A program made the position numbers and the translations under genes. Positions 22,230-34,911 of a stretch of DNA of 64,000 bases are shown in pieces. How positions within the stretch are numbered: the stretch's first letter is position 1; the number at the start of each line of letters is the position of its first letter. The notes under the pieces were generated by a model. It did no database searches. It saw only the letters and a list, made by a program, of their open reading frames with translations, and was not told the DNA's origin. Source of the DNA: Balanoglossus misakiensis. Taxonomy: Eukaryota > Animalia > Hemichordata. Location: positions 2,143,830-2,207,829 of the forward strand of contig CM082593.2 of the NCBI GenBank assembly GCA_040954595.2, read 5' to 3'.

Positions 22230-25200
22230 ATGGAATATTTGAACTATCAGCAGATGTCGTTGAAACTGGCAAGTATTTCTGCTGAGAAAGAATCATTGTT
22301 ACATCGACAACCTAAGCTGACCAACTTAACAAGACGCCTTGATGAGGAAAGACTTGAAACGCAAAGGTTCAAGGAACTGGTGGATTTGTTGCAAAGACAG
22401 CTGGCAATAGAAAAATGCAAATTCGTCCATTTGAAGGAACAATTTGCACTTTCTAGGAAGGAAAGTGCGCTTACTTCTGCATCTGACGAGGACAGCTTAA
22501 ACGAGAAAGAACTCATTGGAAGAAGAGATCAACCGAAAGACAGCGTGGAGAGAGTGATTCCTGGAATTTCACACGATGTTCTTGAAAATCTTGTGCGAGA
22601 ACTGGCCATTTGTAAACGAGAACTGAAGAAATTTCTCAATGGACAGGATATGAGAACATTCCTTGTAAGTGTAGCGGTACAGGCGAGTTAAAGCTGAAGT
22701 GGTGAAAGTGCATATATACTCATTTTCGAAGCACTAGTCTTTGAAGATTTGGGTCACAACAAAATGGTTCTCCCCATGAGAAGATATGATGGTGGCGGTA
22801 GAGGGGGGTGTTTGTTGATGAGTAAAATTGATGAGGAGCTGGTTGATAAAGTTTATGACTTCATTCCTCTGAGTCCACTAAACTCCCATGCAACTGTGAC
22901 TCCATCATCATGCGATCAACCTGGCCTTTTATACATGCATGGTCACTCTATGACTGTGTGGAGTGACCATGAACTACAGACTGAAAGATTCGTTGTCATA
23001 AGGCTTCCCAACTCTTCTGAGTGGGAATGGGTTTGAATTATACATGTATATACAAAGAAAGTGTATGACAATTCTACTAGTTTGTACTTTGTATGTATGA
23101 GACATGCACAGCAGGATACGGATACTGGACTCAGTTCAAAATTACTGACCATGCAAGGGAGTGGCTACTGTACACGTGATAACATGCACAAACGGTTCTT
23201 TATGGTTGACCAAAGGTCACCCATTCAGACTGTGTCATGCTATAGTCTGTTTGTGTAAGAGAAATTCCTTACATGTTAGATACCCAAGTGTCTATGATTT
23301 CTATGACATCATAATCACAGCCACACCAATGTTCCCATTTAACTTGTCAACTAGGAAAATGCAGAGTATGAAGAAACTATTCAACAGCTTCAAGAAACCA
23401 TCAAAGAGAAAGATAAAGAGATTGATGATCTGAAGGTGGAGATCAAAGAAAATGCCATAGATGATGGCGAGAATGAATTTAAAAATCAACTGCAATTGAA
23501 AGATCAGGTAATGTATATGTTTGTTGTCTAAAGAATTGTGGTTATGTCTAGCCTATTTAAACTGCGTGTATACGCTTGGACAGCTGCCAATAGGCATATT
23601 TATCATGATAGGAGTTTCTATCTAGAGTTAACCCTACTTACAACCTTAGTTTCAGACAACACAATAGGTAATAAATAATCCAGGTACAACAGCCAGATGC
23701 CACCATGGTTACATCAATGATGTTTTGTGGCTGGCTGAAACCAGACAAACAAACAGATGATACACATGAGAAGTTGCTCCTTTGGTCTTTATCAATATTA
23801 AAAGGACTTAGGGTTGAACATGAACTGTCATTCTTATTGGCTTGTTCTTCTGGGTTTCCAAAAACTGTTGAGTGTTACATTCGTAACGTGTGATCTGGCT
23901 TGCTTTCTCGAGATCTATTTTATGCATGATATGCCATGCAAAGTAAATGGCCTTCCACATGTGTGTGTCTCCCAAGAATTTCCCTTGCAGGTTGTTAACT
24001 ATTCTGTGTGGAAGTTGTTCTCATTGTCTTCCATTTTGCTTTTGTCTACACAGAATGCAAGACTGAAAAAAGCCCTGAGCGTCAAAACTGTTCTTGTAAG
24101 TGCATTGACCCAGGAACTGGAAAAGACAGAAAAGAAATGCAGTGAAGCGCAAGAACGATACTACAAGGAAATAGAAGCATTGAGAGAAGAGAAGAGATCA
24201 CTCAAGAAACACAAAGCAGATGACGGTCAAACTGCAGAGGTGTGTTTGCAACCACAGTTACTTGTTTTCTGGGTGGTCACGCCAGGGCCAGTCGGCTGTG
24301 TCATAGAAAAGAGGAAGTTTGTGAATCAGAATATTGCATTGATGCACATACATTGCCAAGGTTGTAGACAGGTTTCTGCCTGATGAAAGATTTAACTGGT
24401 GGGATATATGCTAATACCACATTGCAACTTTCAACTTGGCTGTATGTGTATATCAATGTGATTCTGCTTCATGTCTTCATCCTATTTTATGACTTAGCCC
24501 GCTGGCCGCGACATGACTTCTCAGAAAACAAGTGACTGTGTTTGCAGCCACTTAAACTGTTTGAAAACTTCAAAACACCTCCATATTTATCAATGGATTC
24601 TCTGAATGTGTCTAGGATGAAGCAGCCCTGAAAGCCAATCTCATCAAAAGTCAACAGGAAAATAGAAGTTTGCAGATCAAATTAAGTGCTTTTCAAAATG
24701 AGTTGACGATTAGGAGTGAAGACTTGAGTGTCAAGGAACAGGAAAACACGGTCTTGAACGTCAAAATTCAGGTATTTCTCATCTCTTTGTTGAGCTTTGC
24801 TTCTGACAGTGTCGTATAGAGTTGCTTGATTTCTACTGTAAAGAAAATGGAATATTCAGGCTTTAGTTTTATGTAGGCTACAGAGAATTCAACACCCTTT
24901 TCTTGAATCACAGGAATTTCAACAAAGGATACAGGAACTGGAAATGAAACTTCAAACTTGTGAAAATTGCGTTTTGTTGAGTTCAGAAAATAAGGAACTG
25001 AAAACCGAGGCAGACGGGAACAAGGAACTCATGGACCTCATGACAACTCAGGTGAGATATTGCCACTAAAATACATTGGACTTTGTACTTTGTATACACG
25101 AACTAAATTATAGACAGCTTTGACCTGGATAAAGTTTATTTCCTACAACCAGATGCGTTGATGCTCAATTTGCCAATAGGTTGAATCCTCAGTAGAGCCA

Positions 25201-26025
25201 ACAATACATGCATGCATGGTGTGCAACATGCAAAGTTGTTTCATAGTGTTTGATGTACAAGTTTTTTGTGTGCTCATTTAATGCATTGCAAAATGACTAA
25301 TCAATTTTCTGTAAATTCAAATCCAGATGAAAGGTTATGAAGAAGATTTCAAACACGAGAGAAAAGACAGAGAGGATATGAAGAGCTCGTACGATCGTAA
25401 GGTTGAGGAACATCAAGGGCAAGTTCAAGTTTTAAATGAGGAGGTGAGTAAAGGAAGAAACCCCCTATTTCTCTTTATAAAGATCCAACATAGCTATTGA
25501 AGACAATGGAGTTGGACTAAACTATGTTGGTGAAAGGGTTAAAATCAGCTGTCGTTACCTTCGCTCTGTTATTGCTACTGTACATGAATCAGTGTATATT
25601 AGAAAATGACATTTCCTAAGATTCTGGATATCGTTGTATTCATGTGTTAGAATTTTTCTCTTGCTTTTCAGTTGCACCGTATGAAAGAGCTTTGCAGAAA
25701 AGAAAGAGAGCAAAATGAATGGCTGCAGAAGAGATATCAACAACACGGTGGCTATAGAAGTCCGGACGTAGTGACCGACATGCCAAGCCCTGGTCTCATA
25801 CAAGGTGGTCACCGATCTTATGCATACGGTCAGCAACAGCCATGGAGACCACACACCATCTTGCCGAGTGAGGTGGTCGTAGACACGGGTGATGCAGCGA
25901 CAGACAGTCGTGGAGCCGGAAGTCTGGCAAGCCACGTCACCCGAGAATGTCCTCGCTGCGAGCGAGAGTTCGCACCACATGAAAGGGAAGAATTTGAAAA
26001 GCATGTGGAAAAATGCGTGCATTGA
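22230..26025 (+). CDS. TNIP/ABIN-family (TNIP2-like) coiled-coil protein with UBAN ubiquitin-binding domain and C-terminal C2HC zinc finger
   Basis: Phase-0 exons 22230-22664, 23355-23507, 24054-24239, 24616-24771, 24914-25051, 25327-25443 and 25672-26025. Long coiled coils. UBAN core LMTTQMKGYEEDFKHERKDRE matches the DFxxERxxRE motif of NEMO/OPTN/ABINs. Ends RECPRCEREFAPHEREEFEKHVEKCVH*, like the ABIN-2 terminal finger. The start could instead be the ATG at 22254, since a donor-like GGTGAGT at ~22133 suggests a 5'UTR intron. Confidence 0.85.
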
Positions 26026-27008
26026 CATGAAAAATAAAATCTCAAAATATTGAGTATAGCAGGCCCTCTCGACAGAGGAAATTGAATGGAAGATCAAGTA
26101 GGTAAGTATGCGTAAGTTGATATTGTTCTGGCTACAGCATCAGATAAAGTTTGTAAAAAATGTGCATGCAGCGAAAAAATTACCAAAAAATACGGCCTTA
26201 TAAATGAGATCATATTAATTTAAAAGGAAATTTTAATGCAATATGGTTTGGTGAAAGAAAATTTCAAAGACATTTAATCTTGCTAACATGAAATAAAAAA
26301 GAAATTAAACCTTTGTGAGACAAAAGTTTATAGGTGATGACATGCATGTAATATCTGATCAAATGGGTAAAAATTTCCTGATGTATTTCACAATGATGCG
26401 TAGCCACAAAGAAGAAAAGTAATGGACAGGAGATCCTAGGGTGAGAGGGCAAAGGTCGTGTCAAGATCAAGGTCGGGTCAAGACCAGTGATGTCAACAGG
26501 AAACGTAAACTAAGGAGCTTTCATCTGTTTGTTGTCAATACTCAAATATAATACAATAACAAATATATGTGTATATTTGACTAGACAGAGACACACATTG
26601 ACAAAACAGAAAAATTAACTTTTCTACAGTTATTATTAGTGGGACCTGGACTCTTCGGTTTATTTGACAGATTAAACACTTGTTATGTAGCTGTCAAACT
26701 CTAAAGTGTTTCTTAAGGGCCGAGTCCCTATCTCATAATGCTGTCAAATAATATTTGAGCAACTGCTCCATCTGCTATAAACAAGGTTTTTTTCAGTGTT
26801 TTACCATAGTTATTTTTCAGAGTGTTTATGTCTGAAAAATGGAGTGTTTTGTTTCTTGTCTTGTGAAATGTAATTATCATGCAGCATCTTAATGCAATGC
26901 ATATGTGTTAATTTTCATATTAATGCAAGTTTGAAATGTACTCTCTATGCTTAATATTCAAATGTTATGAGAATATTTCATATACTAGTATCATATATTA
27001 TTTCTGCC

Positions 27009-27246
27009 TTAAAGTGAAGGGGTCGTCGTGCCGCGTTTGCTTGTTTATAAACATTGCAATTCATCCACAAATCCCAGAAATCAGATCATTATTAGAATGA
27101 ACGAAGCAGCCAACCATAGACTGGTCATGACAGCAACTGAAGATCCTAGTAGGTCGTGGTGACTGCAGTGAGGTTTGTGCTGGTATGGGAGGACATATTC
27201 TCATCAAGGGAGACACCCACGCGGCACGACGACCCCTTCCCTTTAA
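27009..27246. mobile_element. MITE, ~230 bp, with TTAA target duplication and ~24-bp terminal inverted repeats (Kolobok-like ends)
   Basis: Left end TTAA|AGTGAAGGGGTCGTCGTGCCGCGT; right end ACGCGGCACGACGACCCCTTCCCT|TTAA (1 mismatch between the TIRs); no transposase ORF. Confidence 0.85.
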
Positions 27247-28303
27247 TGTATATTTACTGCATACCAGAAGCGTGGTATTTAGATATGTTACCCTTGAAAA
27301 ACTAGTACCACGGTGTTTAATTTCTCCATTGCATATAAAACACATGATAATCACTGTAGTACACATTGAAGAAATATATCTTTTAACCTCTGTTTTATTG
27401 GGTCACATGTATCACACAAGACATATTACCCAAATACTGCACTGCTAGTATTAAGTAAACAGAGGAAAAAAAACTGCAAAGGAAGCAGGATAGAGAAAAT
27501 CTTGATAAAAAATAATAAAATGAGAGAAAATTATCTTTAAAAGTTGAATAAAAAGTAAATCCAGTCCACCTGGAACCATACAAAATTAAAAAGAGAAAAA
27601 CTTAAAAAAAGGTAAAATTATTTTAAAAAGTTCAATAAATAGTAAAGCAAGTCTACCTTGAACAAAAAAAAAATGGAAAAATAAAAAAATGTTTAAAAAA
27701 TGGTCTTTCCTTTAAGGTGCTCTTAAAACTTTGTCAAGAATCGCATTCCAAAAACATCTTCATTTACATAGAAAAATTGAGTCATTGTGATACTATAGTT
27801 TAAAATTCTTACCACAGTTGAGTTACATCCCAATAAAAATACAAATCGGGAATTGTAACCTGAGAAAGGAAGATTTGCCTTCACTTTCAATGTAAAGTGC
27901 CATATTTGTAATCAAAGGGAAGTATGTATATTAAAACTGAAACAGTAGGGTGTATTAAACCAAAGTTACCCCCTTTTTGCAAGTATTTACCAGCATTGAA
28001 CAACTCATATAACATCATATCAATGAGAGCCCTTGCAAAACCCCAACCTATGAAAACAAGATATGTTTCACCGTAAAACTTCTATGAGATTATATAGATA
28101 ATATCAAATACATGTAGTATTAGATTGAATACCACTAATTGTTGGACATTCTTTCAGTGATTTTGTTTGGTTTACCATATTTTATCACTTTTGATTGCAC
28201 TCCAAAAATATGCAGAAATTACATGTATTTGGTTTGTGTATGCATAGATTACTATGTTAGTGTAGACTAGGGGGTGAGGGCTGAATATTTTGGCGATTAT
28301 TTC

Positions 28304-28349
28304 GAGAGAGACAGACAGAAATACAGACAGACAGACAGACAGACAGACA
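28304..28349 (+). repeat. (GACA)n microsatellite
   Basis: gagagagacagacagaaatacagacagacagacagacagacagaca. Confidence 0.85.
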
Positions 28350-29650
28350 AAGGTTCATTACGAAAACACTATTGATTGGGAAAAATCAGTTAAAATTACT
28401 ACTAGTGTGAAACTCTCAATTAAACCATAAAACTCTCAAATGTTATTGCACTATTTTGAGCATTTTACTGTTTAGTTAGCAATTTAGTTTACAATAGGAT
28501 AGCCTTTAAATGAAAATTTGATTGCACCTGCCTGTAAAATTTGCATCATTGTTAGAGATAACTTAGAGTATATATTTGTTTGAGTTCGACTTTAATGACT
28601 TTAGATGTTAAATGTCATCTTTATCTGTTAGTAATAAGCATATCAAATTTAATTCCTGATTTAGTGCAAAAATTTCAATGTAGGTAGTGTTTTTCTTTGG
28701 AGTGTTTACTTTCATTTTGGTCTATTTAGAAGAGTTTTGACCAACCTCAATATGTATGTCATAGTTGAAGACGGATACTTCAATTGGAGTTATTGTGATA
28801 TTCAAATGTCATATCTCCAAGAACTTCGTCGAAGATGACTATGACAATTCAACTGAAATAAAAGATTTCCCGGGTATTCAAAATCCATTGTGCCTTGGTC
28901 AACTTGTTTCAAAGTATGTTTGGACAGAATGTTTTCTCTGATTCAGACAGTTATCACAATCTTATGTCCTCCCATGCCCCAATAATGCCACTAGCTGGCG
29001 CTGTGAGTGCACCTGTGGAACTCTGGCCAACAGGCATGGTATTCATGGTGAACACGAGCAAAAGCTTGTGATTGCCCAAAAGTTAGTAGTCGGGTGCGGC
29101 AGTTGTCGTCATCCGCCATTCCGTGCAACGGAAGTCTTTACGAGGTATTTCAAGGGCAGTTGTCCTGGGGAGGGGTGCTCGTGTCGGTATACCCAATACA
29201 ACGAAATGCTTTCAAACAAATCATCCCTTCTTCTTTTGCAACCTTGCGGCTGGACTGTTTTCTTTTTTCGGTGACTTCTGTCGCTCTGTCGTCAGGAAAC
29301 TGTCAAGAGTGACTACTTTTGCGGCGAGGGCTGGTCATGGCTCAATTGAACGCAGTTGTCGGGAGGACAAACGCGGATTCCTTGTGTTGAAAACTTGCTA
29401 ACTCCCCCCACCCAGGACGTGATCGTGTATGCAAATATAATTGGACCTGAGAAGGGAAAAGTGGATTTTTTCAAACTGAAGTACATTTGAAGTGTTTTAT
29501 CACACAATTATAAGGATCTTCGACTTTCTAATGAGCAAACACACGTGTAAACACTCGTGGTTTCACAGAATTTATTTAAGAAGGCTGACCAATGCAATTT
29601 CGTCCAAAAACCGCTGTTCACTTCGAACTGAAAACTGACCACGCAAAAAT

Positions 29651-32600
29651 ATGTTCTCTCTCCTTTTCGCGTTTTTCAGTTTTGGTGTGGTAACATCGCT
29701 TCCTTTTAAGGTACGTATTATTGTAGGTTCTTAAAAACTTTCACGGGCAAAGCCGAGTATGTAAGCGTTTCCGAGACTTGTTTTGGGTTTCAGAATGACA
29801 AGTCCGGCGGCTGTTTGTACGGCGCTGGTTGTTTCAATCTATATTTGACGTAAAGTTGTTACTCGACAATTCAGCAGGTGCGTCCATCATCTTCGCGTAA
29901 TGATTATTAGGTCCAAAACATCTTGAGCTGACAACCAAAGCGGACACGTAATGGACAAAAGTCACCGTAAATTAGTTTGATTTTATGTCAGAAAAGACAG
30001 CAAATCAAACTGTTCTGACATTTATAACCTCGTAGGTGTCAGATGAAGCTGTCTACAAATCGTGCTACAAGTCTCCGCCACGCGTATCGTCTGGTAGGCT
30101 GTAGTTGTTCGTCAGTGACAGATTTAACAAGCAGTAGTCAAGCATTCAGTAAATTCGCGTGTCTTTTTTTAAACTTTTTTTCTCAGAGGGATGTGCATAC
30201 CGACGAGTCAGCGCCAAGTTCGGGTGAGTTCAATCAGATCCTTCAGTTACTTTTATGTGGTTCGTCGCCGCATCAGTTATTCAGTTTGAAGCTCGTAAAA
30301 GTTTCTTCCAACAAAAGGATCCGTTGTCATTTCCACCGTTAGTAACATGACCGACCTTCATCGCTAAACTGCATCGCGTTGCTATGACACACCCCTGTTT
30401 GAAGAAATGTTGTATTGACGGGAACAAGAACGTGTAAATACTGAATGTCGGTTGTCGTTGGCGACGGACCGCGCAGATTCTATTCCATGTGGTTGTAGCA
30501 AAACGAAAGAAAACCCAGCGAGCGCTGATTTTCATGAGATATAGTCCAAACTCTTTCATAGCATACATGTGGTCTTGAGACATTGAAAAACGACGGTGTT
30601 CTCGTGTCATGACACTTTAAATGCCATCAATTGTTTCTCCCAAAGCCAAACATACATTGTCAGTCGGTTTTACTGTAATTTTCCCTTTTTCAACAGATTC
30701 CATTCCCGTACAAAATGCCATGGATACGATTTTGGAGGTGAACAGTAGAACGTCAGGTTGGTGCTTGGAATGTCACTTATTTTCACAGTAACAACTTGTG
30801 TTCGTGACAAAGAAGTGAAAAAAGAAAACTTGGAAGTTAGCCATTTCGTGGCAGAACAGACCCACTTTCCATTATTTGTTAATCGTGGCAGAGGAGTGCA
30901 TAATGTGATTTCAGTGAATTTACGATCACATTAAAACACTTCAGATTATACAAAAACACGTGTACAATAGGTGAAAATATTCTAACGACTTTCACGCAGA
31001 GTACTTCATGTCAAGTCAAGTGATTCGGTAGCATATTAGTCTGAACTGAATCTTCTACGCCCTTAATGACTCAAGAACCACTCATCTACTCACACTGACA
31101 ATCAGTATGCATCTAATTGTTCACCGTTATAGCCCTATGGTCTTGTTTTCGTGTTCGCCCTAAAAACACTGTTTTTGTCAACAGGGAAGATTTTTTAAGT
31201 GTGTGTTTTCAAAAGTACTTTTCGATCGGCTCAGATGTTTTTTGCTTTTGCGTGAAGAACGCGTTGCCAATTGAAACTGTTGACTAAAAGATTCCTTTGG
31301 GATACTCATCAACTGAAGTGTTGAAATATCATCACCTCGGCTGATGTGACCCACTTCTGATAGACTCTTCTCGGGGGTGTCACACACCAACTTTTTTAGA
31401 AGTTGACTGAAACAAAGTTTTCGAACTATGAACTTAACTATTTATTTGTTTATTTATCTATTTATTTGATAGTGACGCTCGTGGAGGGAGACATCGTTCC
31501 TGATTACAGCGTGAGTAAAATTAAGACAACCATTCGCCGTTTCAATTTGGTGTCAATATTCTAATAATTGAAGTTTTTTCTTGTCTTGAACTAATTTTTA
31601 TTCGTCTGAATAACACTTCAAACGAGCTTCCACTCCTTTTGCGCAGACTCGCAATGCAGCACGGGATAGAAATCTCCTCTGGCAAGACAAGACGATACCG
31701 TATGTGTTCAACCAAGACTTGAGTAAGTGACAGCTGCATGATAAGTCATACACACGATAACTATTCTCATATTTTGTGAAAATACCCAATGAGCAGAGAT
31801 ATTGCCAATTAAAAGTGACCTACGCAACAACACAATTGTTATGAGATGTACCCAGCGCAGTTAACAGTTATTGGTTATCTGTTTTAGCACTAATCGAATC
31901 CATGGTTTAAAATATTTCCTTCTGTGTTAGGCTCCAGGGCCACCTCGGCTATCGCAGAAGCCATCGAGGATTTCCATCTGAGGACATGTCTTCGATTCAA
32001 GCAAAGAACCGATGAAACGGATTATATAATGTTTACAAGAGACGAAGGGTAAGAACATTTTGTAACATTCATTTAGAACCGATATGACACGAACGACAAC
32101 TGACCAACAATATTAATCAGACAGACAGACAGACTTTTCAATGTTCATGTTTATCCCCATGCAGTTGTCATTCCCGCGTTGGTCGAGGTGGTGGTGTCCA
32201 GATGGTCTCTATCGATGGTGGTTGTGAATACAAGGGGACCGTGATCCATGAAATTCTGCATGCTGTCGGTTTCTGGCACGAACATTCCCGATATGACAGA
32301 GATGATTACGTCACCATTCACATGGACAACGTCGTCGCAGGTAAAATAAAATAAACAAGGAAAAGTCACAACGTCGTCTCCACACTCAAACTTTTATTTT
32401 TTCCTCACATTCCCCAGCCGCTGGGGGCGTGTGATATCAATTGTTCCAACCGTGTTCAACTTACTCCCGCCTCTCCTCACAGGGAAAGAAATGAATTTTG
32501 ACAAATTTCCGGCTGACGTCATCGACACACTGGACGTGGAATACGACTATGGATCCGTCATGCACTATTCCAATGTCACTTTCTCGAAGAACACCTTAAG

Positions 32601-34911
32601 TCTTCCAACCATCACACCTGTTGGTGACGTCAACGTCGTTCTTGGTCAACGTGAGGGATTCAGTGAACTTGATCTGGTGAAACTCAACCGCCTCTATTCA
32701 TGCGGTAAGAAGCTTGAAATTGTCTACACTTTTATGTAATATATACAAAATTAACATACTATCGTCCATCTGCCAAATAAACTATCGCACTAAAATTGCT
32801 CACAATGTCTTTAATAATTGGCTTGTGTTCCCGAAAGGTGTCATTTGTCCTCCGCTGACGGCGCCTCTTCATGGTCAGACATACGGTGACTGTTGCCTGG
32901 TTGGAAACACGATGAAGTTCACCTGCGAGCTGGGTTACACCTTGTACGGGTCAATGTCCCTGACTTGTCAGAATGATGGAACTTGGACCGGAAATCAACC
33001 AGTTTGCAAAGGTGAGACTAGATGATATTATACATAGCAAACTTAGATTGATACTTATTTGGACCAGAAAATGAGAGTTCGTTAGATTGGCCAATAACCT
33101 AGACTTTTTGGATACCACGTCACCCTGCATGACTTGCCATACTTCATCTCTTCACAACACTCATACGTCAGTCATCTTTTGATACCAGAGACAACAACTG
33201 TGATGTGTGATTTCAACGACGGCTTGTGCGGTTTTACACAGCCCTTCAAGAACGACCACTTTGATTGGACTTTACACCAGGCCAAAACGCCGTCATCCTA
33301 TACTGGGCCAATCACGGATCATACCACAGGCACAAACCTTGGTAGGTTTCTGAGTCTTCCTCCCATTTGAACAGAAAAGTGCCAAAGTCAGGTTTGCTTG
33401 GTATGTTCAAAGTTGAAAATCCGAGTAGTATTTCAAAGTATTTTTGAAATTAAAGGATAGTTGCCAATGTTTCTGTTTATTACCTCACAGGTAAATATAT
33501 GTACATAGAAACCTCAAGTCCTCGAATGGATGGAGACGTCGCCATTTTGATCTCTCCGGTGTATCCGGCCAAAAATAAATGCCTGCGATTTCATTATCAT
33601 ATGTACGGCCAAGACATCGACACTCTCAACGTTTACGTCAGGGAAGAGAAACTCCTTGGGACAAACTCCCTTGGAAACCTGGCATTGATGCTGAACGGTA
33701 ACCAAGGCGACGAATGGAAAATGGCGGAGTCAGAGATTACTCCATCCACGCCATTCCAGGTATAGTATACGCCAGTCGTTTCGTCAAGTGACGATATTTA
33801 GACCAACATTGAGTTACTTTTTGAAATAGTCCTAATACTTGAGAACATTCCTTGACAAGTTTTAATTCCTTTACAGGTCATATTTCAAGGAAGGCGCGGA
33901 TCAGGTTACCGTGGTGATATTGCCATAGATGACGTCAGCATCACAGATGGAAGGTGCTTATCCCAAGGTATCGTTGGCAAAATCGTATCAGATCAACAGA
34001 AAGAATGTGTACCTGGATTGTCATGGTCTAGATTTCAAACAGTATTTCACTATTCTCGACGGCTCACCAGAACACTTTGGTTTCGATAATATATATGGAT
34101 ATTTTTTCAGGGTCTCCATTCATCTGCAATTTGGAAGTTGATATGTGTGACTTTACTCAAGACCTATCTGACGATTTTGACTGGCTGGTTGGCACAGGCC
34201 CCACTCTGACTTCATCAACAGGCCCCAGTACCGATCACACTACGTCTACTTCTTCAGGTAATATGGATATACCAGTTCATATACCGTACATGTCTGTGAA
34301 TATGCTATATTCGTGGTTGAAATAGTATAGGTTTACATAGTGATATTATCTTATATAAACCATCTGATTACTTGATGCCTTTCAGGCCATTATATTTACA
34401 CGGAGGCGTCCAATCCACAATATCCTGGAGCAAAAGCCAGAATCGTCTCGCCGAGTTTTCCTGCCACCGAGGGCTCCTGCTTCACTTTTCACTATCACAT
34501 GTTCGGTGACCATATGGGCACCTTGAATATGTACATATATAATGATGGTGACGCCATAACCGAGCCAGCCTGGAGCACAGGCGGAGACCAGGGTAACCAA
34601 TGGAAACAGCTGAAAGTATACTTGGTCCGGAAATCTAACTTTAAGGTAAGTTGCTCTGTCAGACTCGAGGCAAGCCTCTTAATATGGTGGAAATGCAAGA
34701 TGAAGATTCTGTAGAATGTTTTTTGAAGTAAATTAACCCTATCACACGATTTTTGCAAACAAATATCCCCTTCCCATCTCAGCAGGACCGAGAGACAAAT
34801 TGCGATTCTTTCCTCTTTCAGGTGACATTTGAGGGCGTCATAGGGAGCAGTTATCGAAGTGATATCGCCTTAGACGACATTGAGTTGAAACAAGGCAACT
34901 GTCCACCGTGA
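29651..34911 (+). CDS. Secreted astacin (M12A) zinc metalloprotease, meprin-like: signal peptide, propeptide, astacin, CCP/Sushi, MAM, MAM
   Basis: Signal-peptide exon 29651-29710 ([20 protein letters not shown]). An uncertain small exon may start at 29794. Then 30697-30756 (AMDTILEVN), 31473-31510 (LVEGDIV, propeptide Asp-switch), 31647-31722 ([19 protein letters not shown]), 31931-32048, 32165-32340 ([19 protein letters not shown] zinc motif), ~32483-32704 (YDYGSVMHY Met-turn), ~32839-33011 (CCP), ~33189-33967 (MAM1) and ~34111-34911 (MAM2, ends [16 protein letters not shown]). The 5' end is less certain than the core. Confidence 0.88.

Noticed and set aside
25555-26097. 180-aa minus-strand ORF
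   Set aside because: Antisense to the last exon of the TNIP-like gene
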